Assembly (NCBI GenBank): GCA_041661045.1
Contig: JBAZVE010000001.1
Span: forward strand, 570,001-602,000
From: Candidatus Saccharimonadota bacterium
GTDB lineage: Bacteria; Patescibacteriota; Gracilibacteria; UBA1369; 2-02-FULL-48-14
Length of the DNA: 32,000 nt
Direction: 5' to 3'
Both the position numbers and the translations under genes were made by a program. Positions 8,154 through 16,653 of the stretch are shown here, in pieces. Positions within the stretch are counted from its first letter, which is position 1, and each line of letters starts with the position of its first letter. The notes under the pieces were generated by a model. The model worked only from the letters and a program-made list of their open reading frames with translations. It searched no databases and was not told where the DNA came from.

Positions 8154-10447
8154 TTGAGGGACTCTTTGTCCGGGGGGATGCTGTAATAAGAGAAGAGGAA
8201 TTCCATGATTTTGTGAAAGACTTGGCCGGAGGTGCCTTCCGCCCATTCGGTGGCGCGCGGGCGATCCATTTTTACGAGGACTAAAAACTCTGCGTCGTCG
8301 ATGGGGCCATAACCCATAAAAGTGGTGATGGTGGTTCCCGGTCCACTGAGCACGCGGTTGCCTTTGTAAGTTTGAGCGGTTCCGGATTTGCCGGCGATGT
8401 AGTGATCTTCCAGAGCGATCTGGGAGGTGTATTGACCCACCACGGAAGTGAGCATGGCGGTGACCATTTGTGCGGTTTCGGGTTTGAGCACTTGAGACAC
8501 AATTTCCGGTTCAAACTCTTCCGTGCTTCCGTCCGCGTACTCAATTTTTTTCACCAAGTAGGGCTGCATCATTGTGCCGTCGTTGGCCAGAGCGGTGTAG
8601 GCTTGAATGAGCTGAAGGGGTGTCATGGAAATACCCTGACCGAAGGCTTTGGTGACCATTTCGGATTCCGTCCAGCCGTCGTAGTGTTCTACATCGCCCC
8701 GCACTTCATCATCGAGCCCAATGTCCGTTTTTTGAAGGAGGCCGTAACCCTTAATGTAGGAATAAAATAAGGCCGCACCCAATTTTTTTGAAATGAAAGT
8801 CATCCCCGTGTTGCAGGAATGTTCGAGCACCTGAGTCATGGTTTCGAGACCGTGATATTGCTTGTTGAAGGTTTCGATATAGTAGTCGTATTCGTTGGTG
8901 TAGACATTGAAGTCCACTCCAATGGCGCCAGTGTCCATAAAGGTCGTGGAAGCGGTGATTTCCCCCGCGTTGATGGCGGCCGCGGCCACCAAGGGCTTGA
9001 ACACGGATCCGGGCTCGTAGACCTCTTGGATCATCTTGTTTTTGTAAACCTCCGGCCCCCAAGTGTTTTTGTAGGAGTAGTATTTATTGGATATTTCGGG
9101 GTCTTTAAAAATTTCGATACGGACATCAGGCTCCACTTGCAGGTAGTACCAATATCGAGGCTCTTCTTCACTGCCAAAGACCACAATTTTGTCGCGCTTG
9201 TCTTCGGGAATGTCTATCTCCACCTTGTCAAAGACATCGCTAAAACTGTTGGGGTTGAAGCTGGGGTATTGGGCCATCGCCAAGATTGCGCCTGTTTTGG
9301 GGTTGATGACGATCACTTGTCCACTGTCCGGCCGGTATTCCTCCACGCCGGCCTTCAAGAATTCTTCCACTTTGGTTTGAATGGCTCGGTCGATGGTGAG
9401 CCACACATCCGCCCCATCCACGGCATTTTCAATAATACTGTCTCCCACGGTGATTTGGTTGCCGTTTGCATCTATTTTGGAGGTAAAAATTCCATCCACT
9501 CCTTGTAGGACTTCGTCATAAGTTCCTTCGATTCCATATTGTCCTCCATTTCCACTCACATAACCCAGAATTTGTGCGGCCAAGTCCTGTTCCGGGTAAA
9601 ATCGAAAATACTCATCCACGAGACGGATTCCCAGGAAGATGGGGTCGGTTTTTTCGGCTTTTGCCGTGGCCAAGTCCTCTTTAAGAATGGTCTCAATTTG
9701 TTCGGAAATCATGGGATCAAGCTTTCGTCTCAGTACGCTGTAACGGTTGGTTCCCTGGAGCACGGTTTGTAAATCCTTGGTATCCCAATCCAAAACGGCC
9801 CCCAGTTTTTCCGCGGCGGACTTTTTGTTGTCAATTTTTGCCGGGTAGGCATAAATGTCTCCATCGCTGGTCACTTCGACTCCTTCCAGATTTAAATCGG
9901 TGACCTCCTTGATGGTGTCTGGATCTTCTTGCTCCAAAAGGAGAATAATGTCTCTGGTTTTGTCCGCCAAAGTGTCTTCCAGTGCGGTTCCATAGGCAGC
10001 CAAGAGTTCCTCATCGGTCTTGAGTTTGAGTTTGGACAGCGCTTCGTTTCGCAAGACTTCACTCTCCATTTTCATGATGGCGGTGTATTCCTCGTCGTAG
10101 CGTTTTTGCTCCAATTCCCTCTCCGTTTCCAGGTCAAAGAGCAGGGGAGTGAGCGTTTCTGCCACGGTGTCCGGTTCGGAAATCAAAGTAGGGTCCGCAA
10201 AAACCATGGCTAGTGTGGTGTTGGTGGCCAAACTGTAACTTTCACCCGAGTGGTAATCTTCAATTAAAATTTCTCCACGGCGGGCGGGGAGGGTGGTGTA
10301 TCCGTATTGTTCACTTTGCGCGATTTCTTCATAGTACCCATGAGAGATGACTTGCAGGTAAAAAAGCCGCACAATAATGAGGCCGGTGATCAAATAGACG
10401 GCTAGGAAAAGAACACTAAGTCGATTGAGACCGATACGAGATTCCAT
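8150..10447 (-). CDS. class B penicillin-binding protein (FtsI/PBP2-type peptidoglycan D,D-transpeptidase)
   Basis: 765 aa with an N-terminal TM anchor. Transpeptidase motifs SVFK (SxxK), SCN (SxN) and KSGTA (K[ST]G) occur in the correct order and spacing. Confidence 0.9.
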   Translation of the reverse strand: MESRIGLNRLSVLFLAVYLITGLIIVRLFYLQVISHGYYEEIAQSEQYGYTTLPARRGEILIEDYHSGESYSLATNTTLAMVFADPTLISEPDTVAETLTPLLFDLETERELEQKRYDEEYTAIMKMESEVLRNEALSKLKLKTDEELLAAYGTALEDTLADKTRDIILLLEQEDPDTIKEVTDLNLEGVEVTSDGDIYAYPAKIDNKKSAAEKLGAVLDWDTKDLQTVLQGTNRYSVLRRKLDPMISEQIETILKEDLATAKAEKTDPIFLGIRLVDEYFRFYPEQDLAAQILGYVSGNGGQYGIEGTYDEVLQGVDGIFTSKIDANGNQITVGDSIIENAVDGADVWLTIDRAIQTKVEEFLKAGVEEYRPDSGQVIVINPKTGAILAMAQYPSFNPNSFSDVFDKVEIDIPEDKRDKIVVFGSEEEPRYWYYLQVEPDVRIEIFKDPEISNKYYSYKNTWGPEVYKNKMIQEVYEPGSVFKPLVAAAAINAGEITASTTFMDTGAIGVDFNVYTNEYDYYIETFNKQYHGLETMTQVLEHSCNTGMTFISKKLGAALFYSYIKGYGLLQKTDIGLDDEVRGDVEHYDGWTESEMVTKAFGQGISMTPLQLIQAYTALANDGTMMQPYLVKKIEYADGSTEEFEPEIVSQVLKPETAQMVTAMLTSVVGQYTSQIALEDHYIAGKSGTAQTYKGNRVLSGPGTTITTFMGYGPIDDAEFLVLVKMDRPRATEWAEGTSGQVFHKIMEFLFSYYSIPPDKESLN

Positions 10448-10508
10448 GGACTTCGATCTTACCTTTTGCTAGCATCGCCGCGCAATACTTTTCAATACCA
10501 GCTTCGTT

Positions 10509-11777
10509 ATGCATAGAAAAACCACACTCTCGAATGGACTTCGGGTTATTACAGATCGGATTCAAGGCACCGCAGCGGTCACCGCTTTGGTCTTGGTGAA
10601 GGCAGGGTCACGGTATGAGCACCGAGAGATCAACGGTATTTCTCACTTTTTGGAACACATGTTCTTTAAGGGAGCGAAAAAGTACACCAATGCGAAAGCG
10701 GTTTCAGAGGCGATTGATTCCGTGGGAGGCGAGTTCAACGCTTTCACCTCCAAGGAGTATGCCGGGTATTATGTCAAAACGGCTGCCGCCAATATGCGTT
10801 TGGCCATGGATGTGCTCTCCGACATGATGATGAATGCTCGATTTGATCAAGAAGAAATTGAAAAGGAACGAGGCGTGATTATGGAGGAATTCAATATGTA
10901 TCAAGATACGCCCATGTATCAAGTGGCGTGGAACTTTGAACGGGGGATTTTTGGAGATCAGCCGATCGGTTGGGACGAGGTGGGGACCAAGGATGTGATT
11001 CGAGCCCTGCAACGGGATGATTTTGTGGAATACAAGGAATCTTTGTACACGCCGGCCAACATGGTCATTTGTTTGGCGGGCAATGTGGATCATGATGAAG
11101 TGGTGGCCTTGGTTCAGGAACTTTTTCCGCTCCAAGCGCGCGAGGCTACTCGGACGATGCTTCCTTTTGCAGAAAATCTGCCGAGTCGAGCGCGCGTGTC
11201 TTTGCAAACCAAGAAAACGGAGCAGGGACATTTGGTGTGTGGAGTGCCGGGTTTCCCCGAGGAACACCCCGACCACTACACTCTTAAAGTGTTGTCCGCC
11301 ATTTTGGGCGGCAACATGAGCAGCCGCATGTTCCTTGCGGTGCGGGAGGAAAAGGGCCTTGCGTATTACATTTCTTGTGGAACCGAAGACTATTTGGACA
11401 CGGGAACCTTTTATACCCGTGCCGGGGTGGACATCACTCGCATCAAGGATGCGATCAAGGCCATTATTGAGGAGTATAAAAAAATGGCGGCGGAAGGTGT
11501 CCCTGAGACCGAACTTAAAAAAGGGAAAGAATTTTTGAAAGGGAAGTTGACGCTTTCTCTTGAAGATAGCGAAAGCGTGGCGCAAATGCATGCGCGCAAT
11601 GAACTTCTTTACGATAAAATCAAAACGCTCGCAGATATTTCTGCGGCGGTGGATAAAGTGACGGCGGCGGACATTCAACGGGTGGCGGCACAAATTCTAA
11701 AAGAAGAACTCATCCACCTGGCGGTGATTGGGCCCTACGACGACAAGGCGGAATTTGAAGCCTTATTGACGGTTTAA
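10509..11777 (+). CDS. M16-family (pitrilysin-like) zinc peptidase
   Basis: 422 aa. Inverted zinc motif HFLEHMFFKG (HxxEH) with a downstream acidic EE, and the typical M16 two-domain length. Confidence 0.9.
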   Translation: MHRKTTLSNGLRVITDRIQGTAAVTALVLVKAGSRYEHREINGISHFLEHMFFKGAKKYTNAKAVSEAIDSVGGEFNAFTSKEYAGYYVKTAAANMRLAMDVLSDMMMNARFDQEEIEKERGVIMEEFNMYQDTPMYQVAWNFERGIFGDQPIGWDEVGTKDVIRALQRDDFVEYKESLYTPANMVICLAGNVDHDEVVALVQELFPLQAREATRTMLPFAENLPSRARVSLQTKKTEQGHLVCGVPGFPEEHPDHYTLKVLSAILGGNMSSRMFLAVREEKGLAYYISCGTEDYLDTGTFYTRAGVDITRIKDAIKAIIEEYKKMAAEGVPETELKKGKEFLKGKLTLSLEDSESVAQMHARNELLYDKIKTLADISAAVDKVTAADIQRVAAQILKEELIHLAVIGPYDDKAEFEALLTV

Positions 11778-12250
11778 GCTTCCAGGTTTTCTTCTCTCCT
11801 CCAGCAAACCCTGAGAATGCCTGTGCTCGTCGCTTTTAGAATGATGGGGATATCTGTTGCACCGAGTCCCACCTCTTTCATTTGATTTGCGGCGAGTTCG
11901 TTGACCCGTCTTTGGATAGCCGCCTTGAGGCTTCTTTCAAGCCTAAGGGAGAGCGCAAACTCTTTATCTGCCAAACCGTAGTTGTCCTTTAAGTCTCGCA
12001 TTCTCTTTTCCGAGGGCCTTGAAAGATGATTCCTTTTGTAGTTGATCTGTTTTAATGCTCTTTGTATGTAGTGAGACTGATCTTTTTGGTATTCCATGAG
12101 CATATAAAAAAGCACCTCAAGCCCCTGCAAAGAGAGTTCTTCCAGTTGTGCAGAGTCCCACTCTTCTTGCATCAGTGTTGTCGCCAAAAATGCGCCCAAA
12201 TTTTCTTCGAGACCGAGTTCGGTGAGAGAATCACTGAGTATTGAATTCAT
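11774..12250 (-). CDS. hypothetical protein (158 aa)
   Basis: This is the lower part of ORF 11774..12817. The upper part runs antisense through ndk, so the start is placed at ATG 12250 (MNSILSD); ATG 12292 is an alternative. The stop overlaps the convergent M16 stop. No domain recognised. Confidence 0.45.
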   Translation of the reverse strand: MNSILSDSLTELGLEENLGAFLATTLMQEEWDSAQLEELSLQGLEVLFYMLMEYQKDQSHYIQRALKQINYKRNHLSRPSEKRMRDLKDNYGLADKEFALSLRLERSLKAAIQRRVNELAANQMKEVGLGATDIPIILKATSTGILRVCWRREENLEA

Positions 12251-12373
12251 GGGAAGCCTCTTGTGCACATATCTTACAAAATACTTTACCATAAAGTCAA
12301 TAAAACTGCGGGGTTCCTTTTTGACAAGAGGGAGAGTTTGCTGCAAAGTGCTGCCGTCTTTTAACAATTTTTT

Positions 12374-12844
12374 ATGGCAATGGAACGAACACTTGTTCTG
12401 GTTAAACCGGATGGAATCCAACGCGGACTTGTTGGAGAAATCATTACTCGATTTGAAAAGAAGGGTCTCAAGATGGTTGGGTGCAAAATGATGAGCCTGG
12501 ATGAGGCGATTTTGCGTGAGCACTATGCGCACATTGCGGACAAGCCGTTTTTCCCTGGGGTGGCTCAATTTATGAAAAGCTCTCCGGTCTTGGCCATGTG
12601 TTGGGAAGGTCTTGAATGTGTGGAGGCTGTTCGTCTCATCACGGGAGTGACCAAGGGACGAGCTGCGGATGCGGGAACTATTCGTGGAGACTTTGCCATG
12701 AGCGTTTCTTGCAATGTCATTCACACTTCCGATACTTCTGAAAACGCTGAAAAAGAGGTGGCACGATTCTTTGCTCAAGATGACTTGTTCAAATATCACA
12801 AAAGTGAATTTGAGCATGTTTATAATGATGAAGAGAGAGCTTAA
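12374..12844 (+). CDS. ndk: nucleoside diphosphate kinase
   Basis: ERTLVLVKPDGIQRGLVGEIITRFEKKGLKMVG N-terminus, and an active-site His in NVIHTSD (variant of NxxHGSD). Length is about 155 aa. Confidence 0.95.
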   Translation: MAMERTLVLVKPDGIQRGLVGEIITRFEKKGLKMVGCKMMSLDEAILREHYAHIADKPFFPGVAQFMKSSPVLAMCWEGLECVEAVRLITGVTKGRAADAGTIRGDFAMSVSCNVIHTSDTSENAEKEVARFFAQDDLFKYHKSEFEHVYNDEERA

Positions 12845-12846
12845 TC

Positions 12847-13266
12847 ATGCATGTCTTTTTAAGTCTGGAAAGTTCATCGGGGGACTTGGAAATGAATCTG
12901 GTCACGGCACGAGATCTTTTGATGAAGCACGATGTTTTGGTGCTTGGACAATCGAATGTTTTTGAAGAAAACGGGGCGCATCAAGTGGTGGAGTGTGGCA
13001 CGGAGCTTGTTCTTGCAGACCTGATTTTGGTTTGTAGGATCGTGGAGAAGGAAATGGGAAGTTCCGTGGAGATCCCGGTTGGGAATGTGAAGTTTGGAGC
13101 TCCCGTGCCGGGGAGTGCCGGGCTCATCAGCATTGGGGTGATTTTTTATGGAGACCAGGCGTTTGAGGCTCCATCCTTTGCATGGGAAGGTGTTTTGGAA
13201 CTGTCGCCGGATTTTGTCCATCCCGTTTTAAAAAAGCCGTTGAAAGCGCTTTTGGCTCAGGCATAA
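12847..13266 (+). CDS. hypothetical protein (139 aa)
   Basis: ATG lies 2 nt after the ndk stop, and the ORF fills the gap to the next gene in an operon-like arrangement. No motif recognised. Confidence 0.45.
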   Translation: MHVFLSLESSSGDLEMNLVTARDLLMKHDVLVLGQSNVFEENGAHQVVECGTELVLADLILVCRIVEKEMGSSVEIPVGNVKFGAPVPGSAGLISIGVIFYGDQAFEAPSFAWEGVLELSPDFVHPVLKKPLKALLAQA

Positions 13267-13273
13267 TGCTCAT

Positions 13274-14026
13274 ATGAATTCAAGGCAAAAGGCACTTCGA
13301 CTCGAGGCGTTGGAGCTCATTTCAAGAATGGGAGAGGGGTCCAGTGGGCGGATGCTTTCGTCCATTGATCTTATTGAAGGGCTTTATTTTGGAGAAGAAA
13401 ATGGTCGACAGATTTTTAAACATGACCCCCGTTTGCCCCAGTGGGAAGAGCGAGATTATTTTGTACTCTCAAAAATTGAAGCTTTGCCGGGACTCCACGC
13501 GGTTTTGAAAAAAGCGGGATATTCTTTGCCGGAGGTGTTGCCCTTTTTCCCAAATCGTAAGGTCCCGGGAGTGGAAGTGACCACAGAGCAACACGGGTAT
13601 GGACTTTGTATGGCGGTGGGGATGGCGCAGGCGATTCAAATTGGGCGACTCAATCAACATGTTTTTTGTTTGGTTGGAGATTATGAATTGGATCATGGCT
13701 CTGCTTGGGAGGCGATTATGGTTGCGGCGGAGCGAAAGCTGGATCGCTTGTGTTTGATTTTGGATGAGAACAGTCCCAATGACATTTTGTGGCAAGAACG
13801 CTTTGAATCTTTTGGGTGGAAAGTGATTAAACTGCGGGATGCCCACGATCACGATGAAATTGTGTATGGAATCATGAAGGCTCGCCTCACGCTGCGAAAA
13901 CCCACTTGTATCTGGGCACCCACCAAGAAATCGGCCGGAGTCCCTTTTGCGGAGCGAAAAGTTGAATATGATGACGCTGTTTTTTCGGAAATGGAACTGC
14001 AGGAAATCCGTACCCATCTTCTCTGA
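13274..14026 (+). CDS. transketolase N-terminal-subunit-like protein (divergent, probably degenerate)
   Basis: Collinear by hand with split-transketolase N subunits: LSSIDLIEGLYF, RDYFVLSK, PGVEVTT, VGDYELDHGSAWEAIMVAA, LILDEN, FGWKVI. However, positions normally holding conserved His or Gly residues are substituted (see findings). Confidence 0.7.
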   Translation: MNSRQKALRLEALELISRMGEGSSGRMLSSIDLIEGLYFGEENGRQIFKHDPRLPQWEERDYFVLSKIEALPGLHAVLKKAGYSLPEVLPFFPNRKVPGVEVTTEQHGYGLCMAVGMAQAIQIGRLNQHVFCLVGDYELDHGSAWEAIMVAAERKLDRLCLILDENSPNDILWQERFESFGWKVIKLRDAHDHDEIVYGIMKARLTLRKPTCIWAPTKKSAGVPFAERKVEYDDAVFSEMELQEIRTHLL

Positions 14027-14035
14027 CCCCTTTTT

Positions 14036-14383
14036 ATGCTGCTAGACATCAAACTCACTCAACTCGGCCTCAAGATAAAAAATCTGGTGATTCTGGACCT
14101 CAGTTTTCCCACCGGAAAATTCCCGGAATTCAAAAAAGCCTATGAGTCTCGATTCATTCATTTGCCCGGTCGCACGGAGTTGGCCCTCCCTTTTGCAGGA
14201 GGACTTTCCGCTTTTGGGAAAATTGTACTTATTTATGGGATGGATAGTGACGACTGTGAATTGCCGGATCGCACGCTCAATGTGAAGTTGGTGGAGGAGG
14301 GGCCCGAAGGCAAATGGGATATCCTTGAAGAAGAGCTCAAAGTTTTTGGCCCTGCGGTTTTGTTGATTCCTGAGGAAGATTAA
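14036..14383 (+). CDS. truncated transketolase C-terminal-subunit-like protein (115 aa fragment of the pyrimidine-binding domain)
   Basis: LTQLGLKIKNLVILDLSFPTGKFPEFKKAYESRFIHLPGRTELALPFAGGLSAFGKIVLIYG aligns by hand with the start of transketolase C subunits (L.ELG..N.VVLDADL..ST....F...FP.RF...GIAEQ....AAGLA..GK). The ORF ends after about 115 aa, versus about 300 aa for a normal C subunit. Confidence 0.5.
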   Translation: MLLDIKLTQLGLKIKNLVILDLSFPTGKFPEFKKAYESRFIHLPGRTELALPFAGGLSAFGKIVLIYGMDSDDCELPDRTLNVKLVEEGPEGKWDILEEELKVFGPAVLLIPEED

Positions 14384-14421
14384 AGTAATTTGTAGGCACT
14401 CGGCCACAACCCTCCAACGAC

Positions 14422-15366
14422 ATGGCTAACGCAAAAAATCTCCGCGTCTTCTCCGGCTCTTCCAATCCCGCATTGGCGATGGCCATTGCCAAGGCATTGA
14501 AACTGCCGCTTTCTAAGATGCAAATCACTCGGTTTGCCTGCAACGAAATTTACGCGAAACCGGAGGAAACGGTACGAGGCATGGATGTGTTTTTGGTGCA
14601 AACTTGTACGGATAATGTGAATGAAGATTACATGGAACTTTTCATCATGATTGATGCGCTCAAGCGTTCTTTTGCCAAGACGGTGCACCTTGTGATTCCC
14701 CATTTTGGATATGCGAGGCAAGACCGCGTGGCTTCACCACGAGAACCGATTTCGGCCAAACTCATGGCCAGTCTCATTGCGGCCGCTGGGGCGGATCATG
14801 TGATTTCCATTCACTTTCATAGCGATCAAACGCAGGGATTTTTCCCTTTCCCAATGGACAACTTGAAGACCAAACGCTTATTTGCGGATTATTTGAAGAA
14901 GAAAAAACTCAAAAATGCGGTGATTGTGGCTCCGGATGCCGGTGCGGCCAAGGAAGCCGGGCGGCTCGCCAGCTTTTTGGACATGCCTTTGGCGGTGCTC
15001 ACCAAAGAGCGACCCAAGTTCAATGTTGCGGAGGTCACCTCGGTGGTGGGGGATGTGGAAGGGAAAACTTGTATTTTGTTGGACGACATGGTCGACACGG
15101 CCGGATCGGTTTGTGCCGCTCACCAAGCTTTGCTCAAGAGTGGGGCCAAGAAAGACATTTATTTGATGGCGACGCATGCGGTGTTTTCCGGTCCCGCTGT
15201 GGAACGGCTCAAGAAAACCAAGTTCAAGGAAGTGATTGTAACCGATACGATTCCGGTTCCAAAAGAAAAACAATTCCCCGGCCTCACCGTGCTTTCGGTG
15301 GCGCCCATGCTCGCGAAAGTGATTCAATGTGTGCATGAAGATAAATCTGTAACCGATGCATTATGA
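14422..15366 (+). CDS. prs: ribose-phosphate pyrophosphokinase (PRPP synthetase)
   Basis: 314 aa with the typical Prs N-terminus (LRVFSGSSNPALA), YARQDRV, VIVAPDAGAAKEA and the PRPP loop ILLDDMVDTAGS. Confidence 0.95.
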   Translation: MANAKNLRVFSGSSNPALAMAIAKALKLPLSKMQITRFACNEIYAKPEETVRGMDVFLVQTCTDNVNEDYMELFIMIDALKRSFAKTVHLVIPHFGYARQDRVASPREPISAKLMASLIAAAGADHVISIHFHSDQTQGFFPFPMDNLKTKRLFADYLKKKKLKNAVIVAPDAGAAKEAGRLASFLDMPLAVLTKERPKFNVAEVTSVVGDVEGKTCILLDDMVDTAGSVCAAHQALLKSGAKKDIYLMATHAVFSGPAVERLKKTKFKEVIVTDTIPVPKEKQFPGLTVLSVAPMLAKVIQCVHEDKSVTDAL

Positions 15367-15806
15367 AGGTTTATATTGGGGCCGATCACGCTGGGTTTCC
15401 TCTTAAAGAAATTTTGCGTGAGCATATAAAAGGGCAGGGGCATGAGGTGATTGATCTTGGGACTTTTAACGAAGACTCTGTGGATTACCCGGACTTGGCA
15501 AGGGAGGTGGGGGAAAAAGTGCGGGAAAATCGGGAGAGCCGCGGCGTTTTGGTGTGTGGCACGGGTATTGGGGTGGCGATTGCCGCTAATAAGCTCAAAG
15601 GTATTCGTGCCGCCAATGTGCACGACCGCAGCGAGGCCGAGCTTTCCAGAAAACACAACAATGCCAATATTGTGACGATTGGAGGACGAGTGATGGATGA
15701 AGACACCGCAAAAGGAGTGGTGGACATCTTTTTAAGTACCGCTTTTGAAGGTGGACGGCATGAGGCTCGCATCGCAAAAATAACCGCCATTGAGAATGAA
15801 GAATAA
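15363..15806 (+). CDS. rpiB: ribose-5-phosphate isomerase B
   Basis: MKVYIGADHAGFPLKE and GVLVCGTGIGVAIAANKLKGIRAA are present. 147 aa. ATGA overlap with the prs stop. Confidence 0.95.
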   Translation: MKVYIGADHAGFPLKEILREHIKGQGHEVIDLGTFNEDSVDYPDLAREVGEKVRENRESRGVLVCGTGIGVAIAANKLKGIRAANVHDRSEAELSRKHNNANIVTIGGRVMDEDTAKGVVDIFLSTAFEGGRHEARIAKITAIENEE

Positions 15807-16431
15807 AATTCAAATCGCCCCCTCCATTTTGTCGGCTGATTTTGGGAAGCTCAATGAAGAAATTGCGAGTGTGGAAGAATACGCGGACATTATTAGTGTG
15901 GACATTATGGATGGACATTTTGTCCCAAACATCACGGTGGGCATGCCCGTGGTGAAATGCATCAAAACCAAACTCCCCATTGAATGTCATTTGATGATTG
16001 AGAACCCGGAACGCTACATTGAAGGTTTTGCGAAGGCAGGGGCCTCCATCATTTCCGTTCACTTTGAAGCCACCGGTGCCAACACAGCCGCCGTTCTCCA
16101 AAAAATCCGTGATTTGGGTTGTCGTGCATCTTTGGCCATTAAACCCGCTACGCCCGCCGCTGCTATTGAAGAATTTTTGCCGCTTATGGATGCCTGTGTG
16201 GTGATGAGTGTGGAACCCGGTTTTGGCGGACAGGAATTCATGCCGCAAGCTCTGGAAAAAATCACCTTTTTGCGAGCTAAAAAACCGGATCTGGATATTA
16301 TTGTGGATGGGGGGATCAATGCCGAGACCGCCAAACTCTGCGTCCAGGCCGGAGCCAACATCTTGGTGGCAGGTTCAACTATTTTTACCGCGGACAACCG
16401 AATTTCCGCTATCGCAAGCCTAAGATCTTGA
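15796..16431 (+). CDS. rpe: ribulose-phosphate 3-epimerase
   Basis: IAPSILSADFGKLNEEI, DIMDGHFVPNIT, VEPGFGGQEF and VDGGIN are present. ATG 15796 is preferred over TTG 15790. Overlaps the rpiB 3' end by 11 nt. Confidence 0.95.
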   Translation: MKNKIQIAPSILSADFGKLNEEIASVEEYADIISVDIMDGHFVPNITVGMPVVKCIKTKLPIECHLMIENPERYIEGFAKAGASIISVHFEATGANTAAVLQKIRDLGCRASLAIKPATPAAAIEEFLPLMDACVVMSVEPGFGGQEFMPQALEKITFLRAKKPDLDIIVDGGINAETAKLCVQAGANILVAGSTIFTADNRISAIASLRS

Positions 16432-16485
16432 CCAAAACCCCTCCTGTGTTAGCGTATGGGTGCTTTTATTATTAACTTTTAATTT

Positions 16486-16653
16486 ATGGGTGATAAAATG
16501 CATACAGAGTGTGATCTTGGAGATGAGCATGTAGAGCGAAGAGGAGCTCCTACTTTGTGTGATGGAGGGTCTGCCGGTGTAGAATCAGAGGAGAAACAAA
16601 TTAGTGATATGGTTCGCGAGCTGCTTCCTCTCTCTGACGGAGCGCACGATTAA
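16486..16653 (+). CDS. possible small acidic ORF (55 aa), unverified
   Basis: Hand translation: MGDKMHTECDLGDEHVERRGAPTLCDGGSAGVESEEKQISDMVRELLPLSDGAHD. It is the only ORF in the 222 nt gap after rpe, and its stop abuts the stop of the convergent gene. It falls below the ORF-track size cut-off. Confidence 0.2.
   Translation: MGDKMHTECDLGDEHVERRGAPTLCDGGSAGVESEEKQISDMVRELLPLSDGAHD

Noticed and set aside
10704-11693. 329 aa minus-strand ORF
   Set aside because: It lies entirely antisense within the well-supported M16 peptidase gene. Its R/H/F-rich, low-complexity translation is typical of a shadow ORF.
12251-12817. Upper part of the 347 aa minus-strand ORF 11774..12817
   Set aside because: It overlaps ndk on the opposite strand, and ndk is unambiguous. 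Only the lower ~158 aa were kept, as a low-confidence CDS.
12374-12844. The ndk active-site variant NVIHTSD (Thr instead of Gly) as a sign of inactivation
   Set aside because: The catalytic His and the surrounding residues are intact. This is a single conservative-context substitution and not noteworthy on its own.
15595-16248. 217 aa minus-strand ORF
   Set aside because: It is antisense to rpiB and rpe, both confidently identified, and has no motifs.
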